Below are positions 31,400 through 41,276 of a stretch of DNA of 64,000 bases, in pieces. The position numbers were made by a program, and so were the translations under genes. The DNA is taken from positions 62,001 to 126,000 of the IMG/VR virus record IMGVR_UViG_3300010158_000027; one strand, 5' to 3'. The notes under the pieces were generated by a model. The model saw only the letters and a list, made by a program, of their open reading frames with translations. It had not been told where the DNA came from and searched no databases. Positions within the stretch are counted from its first letter, which is position 1. Every line of letters starts with the position of its first letter.

Positions 31400-32117
31400 A
31401 TTTTTTTAAGATTTTACTAATTAGGGGGTTTCTCACAATATCATCATCACCAAACTCAAACACACCGACATCGTGAACGTCTTTAAACTTTTGTGTTGCG
31501 TCGTATAATCCTGACTGTCTTTTATCTTTATATCTATCCGTTTGTTCGATGTCACCCGATATGAAAAATTTACTATTGAATCCGATTCTTGTTAGTAATA
31601 GTTTCATCTGGTTTGGACTCGAGTTTTGGGATTCCTCAAAAATTAAAATTGTATTGTCAATATTCATTCCTCTCATGTAGGCCAAAGCGAATACTTCAAT
31701 AATTTCACCTTCTTTTAGTTTTTCTCTTGCGTCTTTACCGATAATCTTATTAAGTAGGTAGTACGATGGAAAAATGTATGGATCTAATTTTTCTTCCAAA
31801 TTACCAGGTAGCGAACCTAATTTTTCTTCCGCCTCAACTGCCGGTCTAACAATAACCAACTTTTCGTAATGGTTGGTTGTATCCATTAATAAATCCACGG
31901 CTGCTTTCATTGCTATGTACGATTTACCGACACCTGCAGGTCCTGAACAGATAGTAATTTGGTTATTTTTTAATAAATTATAATACTCTTCTTGGTTCGT
32001 AGTTAAGAATTTGTTTTTTTGTTTTTTCTTAATGATTGAATTAATGAAGTCCTTTTTTGAGAATGGTTTAGATTCTGGTTCGTCATTTTGGGGTTGAATT
32101 GGTTTTCTTCTCGTCAT
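31380..32117 (-). CDS. phoH: PhoH family ATPase
   Basis: GPAGVGKS, LVIVRPAVE, LGSLPG, LAYMRG, ESQN, LLTRIG, SGDIEQTD. Confidence 0.95.
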   Translation of the reverse strand: MTRRKPIQPQNDEPESKPFSKKDFINSIIKKKQKNKFLTTNQEEYYNLLKNNQITICSGPAGVGKSYIAMKAAVDLLMDTTNHYEKLVIVRPAVEAEEKLGSLPGNLEEKLDPYIFPSYYLLNKIIGKDAREKLKEGEIIEVFALAYMRGMNIDNTILIFEESQNSSPNQMKLLLTRIGFNSKFFISGDIEQTDRYKDKRQSGLYDATQKFKDVHDVGVFEFGDDDIVRNPLISKILKKYEENRD

Positions 32118-32118
32118 A

Positions 32119-32220
32119 TTATTTTTTTAAAAAGATATGGTTTTTTTCAAAATATTCAATAGTTTTTTTAATACCATCGTAGCGTGTGGCAAATTTAAAG
32201 TTAGGTAAATAACGTTTTAT
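32119..32220 (-). pseudogene. start-less 3' remnant resembling the tail of an NDP-sugar epimerase/GDP-fucose synthase
   Basis: Intergenic frame reads IKRYLPNFKFATRYDGIKKTIEYFEKNHIFLKK-stop with no ATG. Confidence 0.55.
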
Positions 32221-32981
32221 TTATAAATTTCATAAAATTTATTAACAGAATTCAAAATATTTTCACATTTAATAACTTCATAAGTTATTATTTTATTGTA
32301 GTTTAACTTTTTAATATGATTAGAAAATTTAATATGAAAATCAAAATTTTTAATCATATCTAATTTATTTTCAGATATATGAATATGGTTAATATGTGAG
32401 TAATATTTTTCAAAATCAATTATTGGGTCAGAATTTTCTAAAATAATATTATGAGTATCAATCATAGTTTTTACATTATTTAGATTATTTTTAGTGATGA
32501 ATTCAACAATTTCAGATATTGTAAAAAAATATTCGCCTCCATATATTTTTGAATTTGGTTCTATTGAAATTTGTATTCCCGTTCCTTCCAAAATATGGTC
32601 TAATTCTTTAAAGGCTTTAGACAGATATTCTTCCCATCCTTCATATTTTTTTCTAAGTCCTGGCGACCCAAAAACTAAAATTTTTGAGGTCAATAATTTA
32701 GAAATTTTTATTAATCTTTTAAAGTGATTAATAAAAATATCATCATCCTTTATACCGTCACATTTGACACCGTAGAATAATGACTGTAATGATTGTATTG
32801 TAATATCTTTAGAGTTTAATATTTTCTTATATTTAATTATCTCATCATCAGATAAGTTTTCCCAAGAAGTTAGTTTTGTTAATACCCCTTCAATATTAAA
32901 AATACCTATTTTTTTTATTTCATCGAATATTATTTCAGATTCTTCATTATCCCACGCAAAATTACTTAATGACAAGTTCAT
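32217..32981 (-). CDS. sugar phosphate isomerase/epimerase (xylose-isomerase-like TIM barrel)
   Basis: LVFGSPGLR, ISIEPNS, MIDTHN, HIHISE, ITYE. Confidence 0.8.
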   Translation of the reverse strand: MNLSLSNFAWDNEESEIIFDEIKKIGIFNIEGVLTKLTSWENLSDDEIIKYKKILNSKDITIQSLQSLFYGVKCDGIKDDDIFINHFKRLIKISKLLTSKILVFGSPGLRKKYEGWEEYLSKAFKELDHILEGTGIQISIEPNSKIYGGEYFFTISEIVEFITKNNLNNVKTMIDTHNIILENSDPIIDFEKYYSHINHIHISENKLDMIKNFDFHIKFSNHIKKLNYNKIITYEVIKCENILNSVNKFYEIYK

Positions 32982-33729
32982 TTATTAATTCTTTAATTTC
33001 TGTTAATATAATTTCTTTCGTGTAAGAATAATCATTTTTTGAGAATTTTGTAGTGAAATCATAAACGATTTTATTTTCCGAAAAACTAACTTTATCCGTT
33101 AAAGACGGAAATAACTTTATTATTTCGGATGAATGTATAGGTTCAGGAAATAAATTAAAAATTGTATTATTAGGGTATAATTTTGAATACTCTATAATAT
33201 CATTAGATAACTTATTTAAGTTATACCATTGATACGTAGAATTAGAATTTATTAGTTCAATATTATTACTGTTAATCAAATCAAATAATATATTTTTTTT
33301 TATTTTATTATTAAAAAGGGATGGTAAACGAAAAATTTTTAAATCGTCAGTTTTTATAAACTCCTTAATTAAAACCTCAAATAGATATCTATTATTTCCA
33401 TAACTTAAATCCCGTATTATTGGTGTTGTGTCCTCATTTGATTTTAATTGAGCATTACTATACACATCAATAGTTGATATTAGAATAACTTTAGAAAATT
33501 TCTTATCTTTAATTAAATTAATAATATTTAACATATTTTCAAAATCCCCTGTTGGGTTTTTATTAACTAACCATTTAGTGGCGGGTAAGCAAGTTAAGTA
33601 TAGTTCCGAACCGTCTTCCACAATTTTTGGGAAATCTATTAAATTAGAACTATTAAATGTTAAATCAAAATTAATTGTTTCACACAAAGTTGTTCCCACT
33701 AAACCGGTATTACCTATTATTATTTTCAT
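32962..33729 (-). CDS. NAD-dependent epimerase/dehydratase-like (SDR)
   Basis: GNTGLVG Rossmann motif, ISTIDVY, YGNNR, FRLPSLF. Confidence 0.8.
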   Translation of the reverse strand: MKIIIGNTGLVGTTLCETINFDLTFNSSNLIDFPKIVEDGSELYLTCLPATKWLVNKNPTGDFENMLNIINLIKDKKFSKVILISTIDVYSNAQLKSNEDTTPIIRDLSYGNNRYLFEVLIKEFIKTDDLKIFRLPSLFNNKIKKNILFDLINSNNIELINSNSTYQWYNLNKLSNDIIEYSKLYPNNTIFNLFPEPIHSSEIIKLFPSLTDKVSFSENKIVYDFTTKFSKNDYSYTKEIILTEIKELINELVIK

Positions 33730-34721
33730 TAAATTAAAAATTGTATTTTTTGTTTTATGTAATCCTCAATCAAATAAATACCCTGTATTTTACCCGTAAA
33801 ACAATTAATTAAATTACCATTCTCACTAATGATGGGTGACCTATTGTCAGATAAATCATCGATTTTTGATTTTGTTGATAAAAAATATGTGTTAAATCTA
33901 AAATCATTTGTAAAATTATTATAATACTTTGTAATTCTATCCTCAATTAAAACTTGTTTTTTCTTAACAATAGTGGTGTCAAAATTTTCAATAAAAGTAT
34001 TTAATTTTTTTACCGAATTAAATTTTTTTATAGGGGTATGTTCGACATCAGTAACAGTATAATCATTATTTTTATAAGGGTAAATCGAGAACAGTTTACC
34101 GTCTACTAAAGTTAACGCATCAAAGTTAGTTGAATTTATTTTTTCGTAAATTAATGTTAGGGTTAATTCGTAAAATGATCTATCTTTATCATTATATCTT
34201 ATATGATTATTAGTACAATTTATGACTAAATCATATTCTTTTTGAAGTTTTTTAATTTTTGTTTTGTCAATATTTTTATTAATTAATAAATGGTGTAATT
34301 CTTTATTAAAGAATAAATTAGCTTTCTTAAAATCAATAAACCTTTCTTTAGTATTAACACAACCTTCAATTCTGTTTAAATCCGTAATTATGGTTTCAAT
34401 CTCATATTTATGAAAAATCTCTTGGAATGTTCCATAATCAATTGTTGAATCGTTAATAGGGATACAATATAAATTTTTTTTAAGTTCTTTAGTTAGAAAT
34501 GAATAATCTTCCATAAACCTATCAAAAGTCGTTAGACATAAATTTCTAGTTTTTAGGTTTCTTGAGTAATGAAACCCAAGATGTAATCTATTTTGATTAT
34601 TATACGAAGTTTCCTTAAATAATTCAATGTTCTTATCGTATATGGTAATGTTATGTGAATCTTTTAATTTATGAGATAAATGGCACCCCACCCATCCACC
34701 ACCAATTATTGCGATATTCAT
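33729..34721 (-). CDS. FAD-dependent oxidoreductase
   Basis: IAIIGGGWVG, ETSYNNQNRLHLGFHY, GKI. Confidence 0.8.
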   Translation of the reverse strand: MNIAIIGGGWVGCHLSHKLKDSHNITIYDKNIELFKETSYNNQNRLHLGFHYSRNLKTRNLCLTTFDRFMEDYSFLTKELKKNLYCIPINDSTIDYGTFQEIFHKYEIETIITDLNRIEGCVNTKERFIDFKKANLFFNKELHHLLINKNIDKTKIKKLQKEYDLVINCTNNHIRYNDKDRSFYELTLTLIYEKINSTNFDALTLVDGKLFSIYPYKNNDYTVTDVEHTPIKKFNSVKKLNTFIENFDTTIVKKKQVLIEDRITKYYNNFTNDFRFNTYFLSTKSKIDDLSDNRSPIISENGNLINCFTGKIQGIYLIEDYIKQKIQFLI

Positions 34722-34726
34722 AGTTA

Positions 34727-35428
34727 TTAGTATTTTATTGTTTTATAATTATCCATATCTATTGGTGTATGATTTCTAAAATGATAAATTCTAAATAGAC
34801 TATCGTCAATAGTAACTTCATTACCGTAATTAATTTGTTGATAGTCAATATGTGGTACCTTAAATTCGGTTGAAACAATGTTGTCATTTTTCATAAAATG
34901 ATGAGCATCGACACAACTAATAAAGTTTTTAGGTTTAATTATTGATTTACCTCTATATTTGTATTCGGAATTATATCTCTGTTCATCAGTCCAAACAAGG
35001 TTTGATTGTCCTAAAATTAATTTAGATTCATCGAACCCACCCTTAAAGTCCCAAGAATTAATATATAGACATTCACTATTTAGTGATTCTAAAAATACCT
35101 TAAAGTTATTATCTTTTTGCGGAAAAATAAATTCATCTACCTCAATAAAGCAAATCCAATCTAATTCAGAATAATTTTTTAAAGTAAAATCATACATCTT
35201 ATGGCTACGTTTAATCCATGAATTGACTATGTGGGTAGGTTCTACTTCTGAAGTTAAATAAATTTCGATATCAATATTTTTAATAATGGATAATATTAAG
35301 TGTGAATCATCAGTACAGTCGTCTAAAAAAATGATGAATTTATTAATGCCTAAATTATTATGATATGTAACCCATTCAACTAATCGACTACCTTGATTTT
35401 TAGTCATTGTGGCTAAACCTATATTCAT
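34727..35428 (-). CDS. glycosyltransferase (GT2/GT92-like)
   Basis: LVEWVTYH...FIIFLDDCTD, WICFIEVDEF, KSII, IYHF. Confidence 0.75.
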   Translation of the reverse strand: MNIGLATMTKNQGSRLVEWVTYHNNLGINKFIIFLDDCTDDSHLILSIIKNIDIEIYLTSEVEPTHIVNSWIKRSHKMYDFTLKNYSELDWICFIEVDEFIFPQKDNNFKVFLESLNSECLYINSWDFKGGFDESKLILGQSNLVWTDEQRYNSEYKYRGKSIIKPKNFISCVDAHHFMKNDNIVSTEFKVPHIDYQQINYGNEVTIDDSLFRIYHFRNHTPIDMDNYKTIKY

Positions 35429-35429
35429 A

Positions 35430-36119
35430 TTACTTATCTGTTAAATATTTATACACTAAATTAGAATATGTAATATCTAAATCATTTACTCTAACTTTGA
35501 TTCTTATATGTGTATTATTATTTATGTCTTCATTTGTGAAATTAGAGTTTTCATTAACAATATCAAATCTATTAATATTACCATAATTAGGTTGGATACC
35601 GTTTAATTTATTCAATACAAAACCAATAAAAATATCATCCGTCCAAGTTTCATTTAAGATATCTTTATTATCTAAAATTAGGTTAACTGATTTTGTATTT
35701 AATAAAATTCCAGCACCAGAACAAAAATAATAATCTTGATAATTCCCTACTAATCCATCGTAAACATATTTCCTATCTTTTGATATTTGTGAACAATACT
35801 CATAAAATTTATCAAAATTCATAATAGTTGAAAGATTAGTTTTAAATACTAAATCAAAATTATTTTGACTAAAATATTCAAGACCACTAATTACTTTTAA
35901 TAATAAAGCATACCAATAATCTTCAACACACTTAGTAATTAAATTATTACCTTGGATTTGATACTCTTCAGATATTTCATTATCTGAGTATAGAAATTTA
36001 AACTCAACATTAAACTTAGAAGTGTTTATATTTGAGATTTGATCATCCCAAATTCTCTTAAAGTTAGTAAAACATTCATCTTTAGTTTTATGAGACATTA
36101 TTAAAATTAATATTTTCAT
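35430..36119 (-). CDS. putative glycosyltransferase (GT31/galactosyltransferase-like)
   Basis: LLLKVISGLEY, FKTNLST, FCSGAGILL, DDIFIG. Confidence 0.6.
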   Translation of the reverse strand: MKILILIMSHKTKDECFTNFKRIWDDQISNINTSKFNVEFKFLYSDNEISEEYQIQGNNLITKCVEDYWYALLLKVISGLEYFSQNNFDLVFKTNLSTIMNFDKFYEYCSQISKDRKYVYDGLVGNYQDYYFCSGAGILLNTKSVNLILDNKDILNETWTDDIFIGFVLNKLNGIQPNYGNINRFDIVNENSNFTNEDINNNTHIRIKVRVNDLDITYSNLVYKYLTDK

Positions 36120-36122
36120 ATT

Positions 36123-36758
36123 TTATTTCAAATAATTATTTAGAACCCATATACTATCAGATTGTAAAGTCCCATCTGAGCAATATTGAAAATATATTTG
36201 AGTATAATTATGTTCAATTAAGAATTTAGCGACATCATCATAAAGTTTTTGACCTTCCCAAACTTCACGATGTTCACACTCTAAATGGAACGATTTGATT
36301 TTATTTAACTCATTCCCAAAACTACTTAAAACTTCAATAGTTAAACCCTCAACATCCACTTTACAGATATCAACGTCTTTGTTTATGTTACTTAATAATT
36401 GTTTACCTGTTATAGTTTTTACTTTAATTATATTTGTTTTTGATTCATACCAATCATCATTACGGTTAATTAATGAGCTAGTCCCAACGTCATTAGGGTC
36501 GGAACTAATAACTTGGTAAAAATCATGTTCAGTTTCCACATTAAAAATCGCATTTGGAATAATATTAAAATTAGGGTAGGACTTTTCTATAACCTTAATT
36601 TGGTTTGGGTTAGGCTCTACAACCCAAACATTTTCATTATTAAGTTGAAAATAGTTCATCAACTCGTTAGCATCATTACCATCCCTAGACCCTATTTCTA
36701 AAATTATTTGGGCAGATATTTTAGTTTTTTCAATAATATTATTGTAATAATTTTTCAT
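36123..36758 (-). CDS. FkbM family methyltransferase
   Basis: LEIGSRDG, VEPNP, GTSSL, KVDVEG. Confidence 0.85.
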   Translation of the reverse strand: MKNYYNNIIEKTKISAQIILEIGSRDGNDANELMNYFQLNNENVWVVEPNPNQIKVIEKSYPNFNIIPNAIFNVETEHDFYQVISSDPNDVGTSSLINRNDDWYESKTNIIKVKTITGKQLLSNINKDVDICKVDVEGLTIEVLSSFGNELNKIKSFHLECEHREVWEGQKLYDDVAKFLIEHNYTQIYFQYCSDGTLQSDSIWVLNNYLK

Positions 36759-37484
36759 TTAGTTTAGATAGTTTATTAATTTATTTATTTCTTCAGAATA
36801 TTGAGTATAGGGTCTTAAAGAGTGGGAATCGATATAATACCCTTCAGACACTTTAAATGGGTCATAATGCCATAATCCCCTATCTATTCGTTTACATAAC
36901 ATTTCGGACCAACCTCTTTTTAGTAAAACCGCATTATTAGTACGTGAATTGAATTCATTCACTTTTTCAAATAAATATTTTTGATCAGTAGACCACCCTT
37001 GATTTCTATTTTTCATTAAAAGAGCGAAGGACTCCCAATTTAAATCCAATTTTAGAATATTTTTAAAAGATTCACTATGTGATGAAACATAACACATAGG
37101 GTATTCATTATTGGATAAACATTCTGGATGATCGGAAGAGTATATAACAATATTATTTTTAGTTAAATGATCAGCACAATCCTCAAAATATTTAACAGAG
37201 AGTGGTATCATATCAATATCACTAATTAAACAATAACCATTTAACATTTTTGGTAAAAACAATCTAACTATCTGCGATTGTAATCCAGTATCGACACCAT
37301 TAACCGATTTAAATTTTTTAACTATACCATATTCGGATTCTTGAAATTCAGATTCTTCATCACTAATTAAACCTAAAACTGGTGTTATATTAAATTTTTC
37401 TTTCCAAACTTTTGATACTATCGGCCAAAAATCTAAATAATATGGGGATTCATTTGAGGACACTATTACGTAATCAATTTTCAT
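36759..37484 (-). CDS. putative GT-A glycosyltransferase
   Basis: ISDIDMIPL (DxD), WSTDQKYL. Confidence 0.55.
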   Translation of the reverse strand: MKIDYVIVSSNESPYYLDFWPIVSKVWKEKFNITPVLGLISDEESEFQESEYGIVKKFKSVNGVDTGLQSQIVRLFLPKMLNGYCLISDIDMIPLSVKYFEDCADHLTKNNIVIYSSDHPECLSNNEYPMCYVSSHSESFKNILKLDLNWESFALLMKNRNQGWSTDQKYLFEKVNEFNSRTNNAVLLKRGWSEMLCKRIDRGLWHYDPFKVSEGYYIDSHSLRPYTQYSEEINKLINYLN

Positions 37485-37507
37485 AGTTTTATATAAATAA
37501 TTTATGT

Positions 37508-38167
37508 TTAGTGTTGAGCGATATAATCATCTTTATATGATTTATAACTATTTAATTCATAATCAAGTAATGGCTCATCAATAAAATAACATATATATCC
37601 CAAATTGGTAATTCTTAACCACGTATCGTAATCTTCAATACCTCTTAAATGATATGATTCTGATATTAAATTCACCTCATTTAACAAATCTTTAGACACT
37701 AAAACCGATGAATTAATAATTAAATTGTGTTTTTTTAGTAATTCATAATTAAATTCATATATATTATCAGGATTTTTTTGATTCCAAACATCAATATACT
37801 TACCTTTAGCGTATAACTGATCTTCATAATATGATTCGGTACAAATAAATTTATATTTATCAGTTAAAGACATTTGTTTTTCTAACTTTTCAGACTTCCA
37901 AGTATCATCATCATCTAAAAATGCTATCCAATCACCAAGGGATTGTTTTATTCCATAATTTCTAACAATAGATGGTAAACCACTACGTTTATCTAATTTA
38001 AAGTATCTAATATTGGTTCTTGTTTCTAATTCATCGTATCTAATGTCATCCGAACAATCATTAATTACTATTATTTCAAAATCAGTATAAGTTTGGTTTA
38101 GAACTGAATTTATTGATCTTTGTACCAAGTCGAATCTATTATATGTTGGTATTATAACGCTTACCAT
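37508..38167 (-). CDS. glycosyltransferase family 2
   Basis: VSVIIPTYNR, INDCSDD, RNYGI, AFLDDDD, EDYDTWLR. Confidence 0.92.
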   Translation of the reverse strand: MVSVIIPTYNRFDLVQRSINSVLNQTYTDFEIIVINDCSDDIRYDELETRTNIRYFKLDKRSGLPSIVRNYGIKQSLGDWIAFLDDDDTWKSEKLEKQMSLTDKYKFICTESYYEDQLYAKGKYIDVWNQKNPDNIYEFNYELLKKHNLIINSSVLVSKDLLNEVNLISESYHLRGIEDYDTWLRITNLGYICYFIDEPLLDYELNSYKSYKDDYIAQH

Positions 38168-38180
38168 ATCCTTTATTTTT

Positions 38181-38324
38181 TTACATTACCAGTTTATAAT
38201 GATAATTGATGGGATTATCATTTTTGTCTATTCTTCCCCCCATAAAACTACCATCTTTTCTCTTAACGGGGAATGGTATTTTTTCATGAAGGAAGACGTC
38301 TTCTTGTTGTTGGCTATAATACAT
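38181..38324 (-). pseudogene. 47-aa chimeric scar ORF (FkbM-like start joined to a glycosyltransferase-like tail)
   Basis: MYYSQQQEDVFL-HEKIPFPVKRKDGSFMGGRIDKNDNPINYHYKLVM; the second half aligns with the tail of 38327..38974. Confidence 0.5.
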
Positions 38325-38326
38325 AA

Positions 38327-38974
38327 TTATAAATGGTTTGTGTGTTCAGGGTATAGCATTTCATCATTTTCATTAAATGCTTGTCCCACGAATGTTTTAT
38401 ATTCCCTCTCCGTTGGGAACGGTGTGTGTTCAAAGAACTCATCATGAACCACACAATTAAGTTTTACTATCGGATAAATCTTTTCTCTCAAAAAGTTTTG
38501 ATCTACTTGCCAAAAATCTCCCTTGACGTATTCGTCAATTAGTTGTTTCATTTCCTTTATGGTTCCTTTTTTTGATCCCCACATTCCCCCTAAAATTTCA
38601 GTTCCATGAGCTGGATGATCCCTCATAATATGAAATCCTTTATCTGAATTTAACCATTCATCGACAGCATATTTCTCTCTTAAGTTTACCCTTGAGTCGC
38701 AGTCTCTAACAATCACCACATCAACATCATCATCAGACGAGGGATAGAATCTCCAAAACATTCCGTCCCAATCACCCTCAACTCCCATATTAATTAGTTC
38801 AACATTATCAAACTCTTTTAATTTTTCTATGGTACTTTCTAACGTGGATGTTCCGTAATAATATCTACACACCCAATCAGGGTAAACATCTTTTGCCAAT
38901 TCAGCATTTCTAATTGCCCCTACATTATAAACGGGATTATCCCCCCATAAAGAGAATGATATTATTTTTTTCAT
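38327..38974 (-). CDS. putative glycosyltransferase (FSLWG/MFWRF/RDCDSR family)
   Basis: MKKIISFSLWG, GMFWRF, RDCDSR (DxD), HIMRDHP, GGMWG, DQNFL. Confidence 0.6.
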   Translation of the reverse strand: MKKIISFSLWGDNPVYNVGAIRNAELAKDVYPDWVCRYYYGTSTLESTIEKLKEFDNVELINMGVEGDWDGMFWRFYPSSDDDVDVVIVRDCDSRVNLREKYAVDEWLNSDKGFHIMRDHPAHGTEILGGMWGSKKGTIKEMKQLIDEYVKGDFWQVDQNFLREKIYPIVKLNCVVHDEFFEHTPFPTEREYKTFVGQAFNENDEMLYPEHTNHL

Positions 38975-39639
38975 AAATAAAAATTATTTGATTGTCTTGT
39001 TTGGTAAACATTGTTATCATGATGCCAATCCTTAACATTATTATTATGAACGTGGTCAGGTGATCCATATCCCCAATCAGGGTGTTCGTGTTTTATTATT
39101 ACAGTATCAATATAAACTTGTTTATTTAATAGATTACCCACCACCATAAATTCATTGTCTGACCAACAGGATTTATAATCAGGATGGTAAATGTAGTTAA
39201 ATCTTTTGTAGTATTCTCTTCCTAAAATACAAAGGGTGTTTAATCTATTTCCTTGGAATCCATCATTAAACCATAAAACTCCGTCCGTATCTGGGTAATT
39301 AAATGTCATGTTATCTCTTATAATGTCGTCGTAACCTTTAATTTGTGGTATCATATCATCAGATGCCAGTAATACAATATCCCACTCGTACTCCAACTCA
39401 TTTAAATCCCTATTTACAGCATCAATTTTAGATAACGAACTGCCCACAACCACTTTTGTGTTTTTATACTCATTAAGTTGGGTTATTACCTCATCTGTAT
39501 TCATTTCATCATCGTCAGCATCAATAGAAATCAAAAAAAACGTATTGTCAATATTGTTACAATACTCATGATATTTATTTAGTGTTGAAAAAAACATCTC
39601 TTTCCTTCCCCTAGTCGGGAACTTAATAAGTAATTTCAT
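38971..39639 (-). CDS. GT2-like glycosyltransferase
   Basis: KFPTRGR, LASDDM, SDNEF, IKHEH. Confidence 0.7.
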   Translation of the reverse strand: MKLLIKFPTRGRKEMFFSTLNKYHEYCNNIDNTFFLISIDADDDEMNTDEVITQLNEYKNTKVVVGSSLSKIDAVNRDLNELEYEWDIVLLASDDMIPQIKGYDDIIRDNMTFNYPDTDGVLWFNDGFQGNRLNTLCILGREYYKRFNYIYHPDYKSCWSDNEFMVVGNLLNKQVYIDTVIIKHEHPDWGYGSPDHVHNNNVKDWHHDNNVYQTRQSNNFYL

Positions 39640-41276
39640 TCGTTTATAATTTTAATATATTCCTCTTTTATTTTTTTTGCAACCTCCTCTGAATTAAATC
39701 TATTAATGTCAGATGGAATGTCAACTCTCTCTTTATTTAATATTTCCCCACTTTCATTAACGTTATAAATCCATCCGGGTTTTCCACACATCCAACCCTC
39801 AATGGTCGTTCTACCCAAGAGAATTCCCGCAGTCTCGGAACAGTTTTTAACGAACGTGCCCACCTTATTGGTTGCGTTATGGTATTTAACGTGTTGGTTA
39901 GATAACAAATCATTTAAATAATTCGATTTGTTTTCACCCACCAACCACAATTCCTTATTAATCGACTTGGAGTAATCAACTAGATCTCGTATTGAGTCTT
40001 CTCTTAAATAATCAATCGTCCCAACAAATAGGACATACCCGTCGTCTTTGGTGTTTTTAATGTTAAACTTTTTAGAATCTATTGGGTTATAAATGATTTC
40101 CGTCTTATCTTTTGGTATTTCAAAATTATCTATAATGTGTTTTTGTATTTCAGGTCGAATGCAAATATACTTTTTAATTGTTTCATTAAGTACTGGATTC
40201 TCAAGTTCAATCACTTCAGAATGTATGGTAGAAATCTTGTCTACGTTTGGATACATTTGACACATTTGATTGGTTACGGGTGTATGTTGTGTGTGGATAA
40301 TATCGAAGTCAACTTCACCCACCTTATACATCATGTTCGGTTGTGACGGTGTAACACCTTGTGGAGTATTGAATCCCCACTTCCCATCACCCAATTTATA
40401 TCCTGGAGCTGAACTAAAAGGTAAAACCTTTATCCCTTGTTTCTGAGCTAATTTGGATAGTTCCCCATCAATATCTGAAAGTACCGTAACATCACAATTT
40501 AAGTTTTTAAGTCCCCTTGCCAATTCATACACATACATTTCTGATCCGGTGTAGGTTTTAAAAAACAAACAAGACAACAATACTTTTAATGGTGATTCTA
40601 AAGTTAGATTTCTGTTAACTTTAACTGGTAAAACGTCTTTGTATTTTTCAGCAAATACTTCTCTATTTTTTTCCCATTGTTCGTTTGTCTGACCAATTGA
40701 TTTATGTGTGACTCTAACATCATACATAACCCCAATTTTAACTCCCTCAATAAAATTCCTAAAAGAAAAATCAACATCATAAAAGTGAAACCCTCCGATG
40801 TCTTGATTAAAATTTTGTTTAATCTTTTTTTTATTTATTACGATAAACAATCCATCCACCAAAACGACACTATCCAATTGGTTACCTAAATTGTTTGAGT
40901 ATTTGGATTCCCATTTTTTGCCTTCGTGTTCGTGATTGACGATACCTTTCATCTTTGAAAAATCTTCCCACCATCTGCCAGATTTTGGCATGTTTGTGGT
41001 TCCAGCTAACCCTAAAATTCCGTATTCATCGTTTCTTTTAAAATGGTTAATGATTTTTTGACCCCAATTTTTTGAATCGAAATATATATCATCATGCAGT
41101 AGCACTACGATATCGTTTGTGGATTGGTCTAAAATCCTATTATAAATTTCAGTTAAAGAGTATTCACCATTGTTTTCAAATGGAATAACTTCGGGAGACG
41201 GAACCCCCGAAGTTTTTGTTAACATTTTAATAAAATCGTTATCAATATGTCTTGTTGAGAATCCTATCGTTATCAT
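39636..41276 (-). CDS. two-domain glycosyltransferase (GT-A N-terminus plus GT-B/GT4-like C-terminus)
   Basis: N-terminal YNRIL...LLHDDI...FHFYDVD; C-terminal TGSEMYVYELARGL...GRTTIEGWMCG. Confidence 0.8.
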   Translation of the reverse strand: MITIGFSTRHIDNDFIKMLTKTSGVPSPEVIPFENNGEYSLTEIYNRILDQSTNDIVVLLHDDIYFDSKNWGQKIINHFKRNDEYGILGLAGTTNMPKSGRWWEDFSKMKGIVNHEHEGKKWESKYSNNLGNQLDSVVLVDGLFIVINKKKIKQNFNQDIGGFHFYDVDFSFRNFIEGVKIGVMYDVRVTHKSIGQTNEQWEKNREVFAEKYKDVLPVKVNRNLTLESPLKVLLSCLFFKTYTGSEMYVYELARGLKNLNCDVTVLSDIDGELSKLAQKQGIKVLPFSSAPGYKLGDGKWGFNTPQGVTPSQPNMMYKVGEVDFDIIHTQHTPVTNQMCQMYPNVDKISTIHSEVIELENPVLNETIKKYICIRPEIQKHIIDNFEIPKDKTEIIYNPIDSKKFNIKNTKDDGYVLFVGTIDYLREDSIRDLVDYSKSINKELWLVGENKSNYLNDLLSNQHVKYHNATNKVGTFVKNCSETAGILLGRTTIEGWMCGKPGWIYNVNESGEILNKERVDIPSDINRFNSEEVAKKIKEEYIKIINE

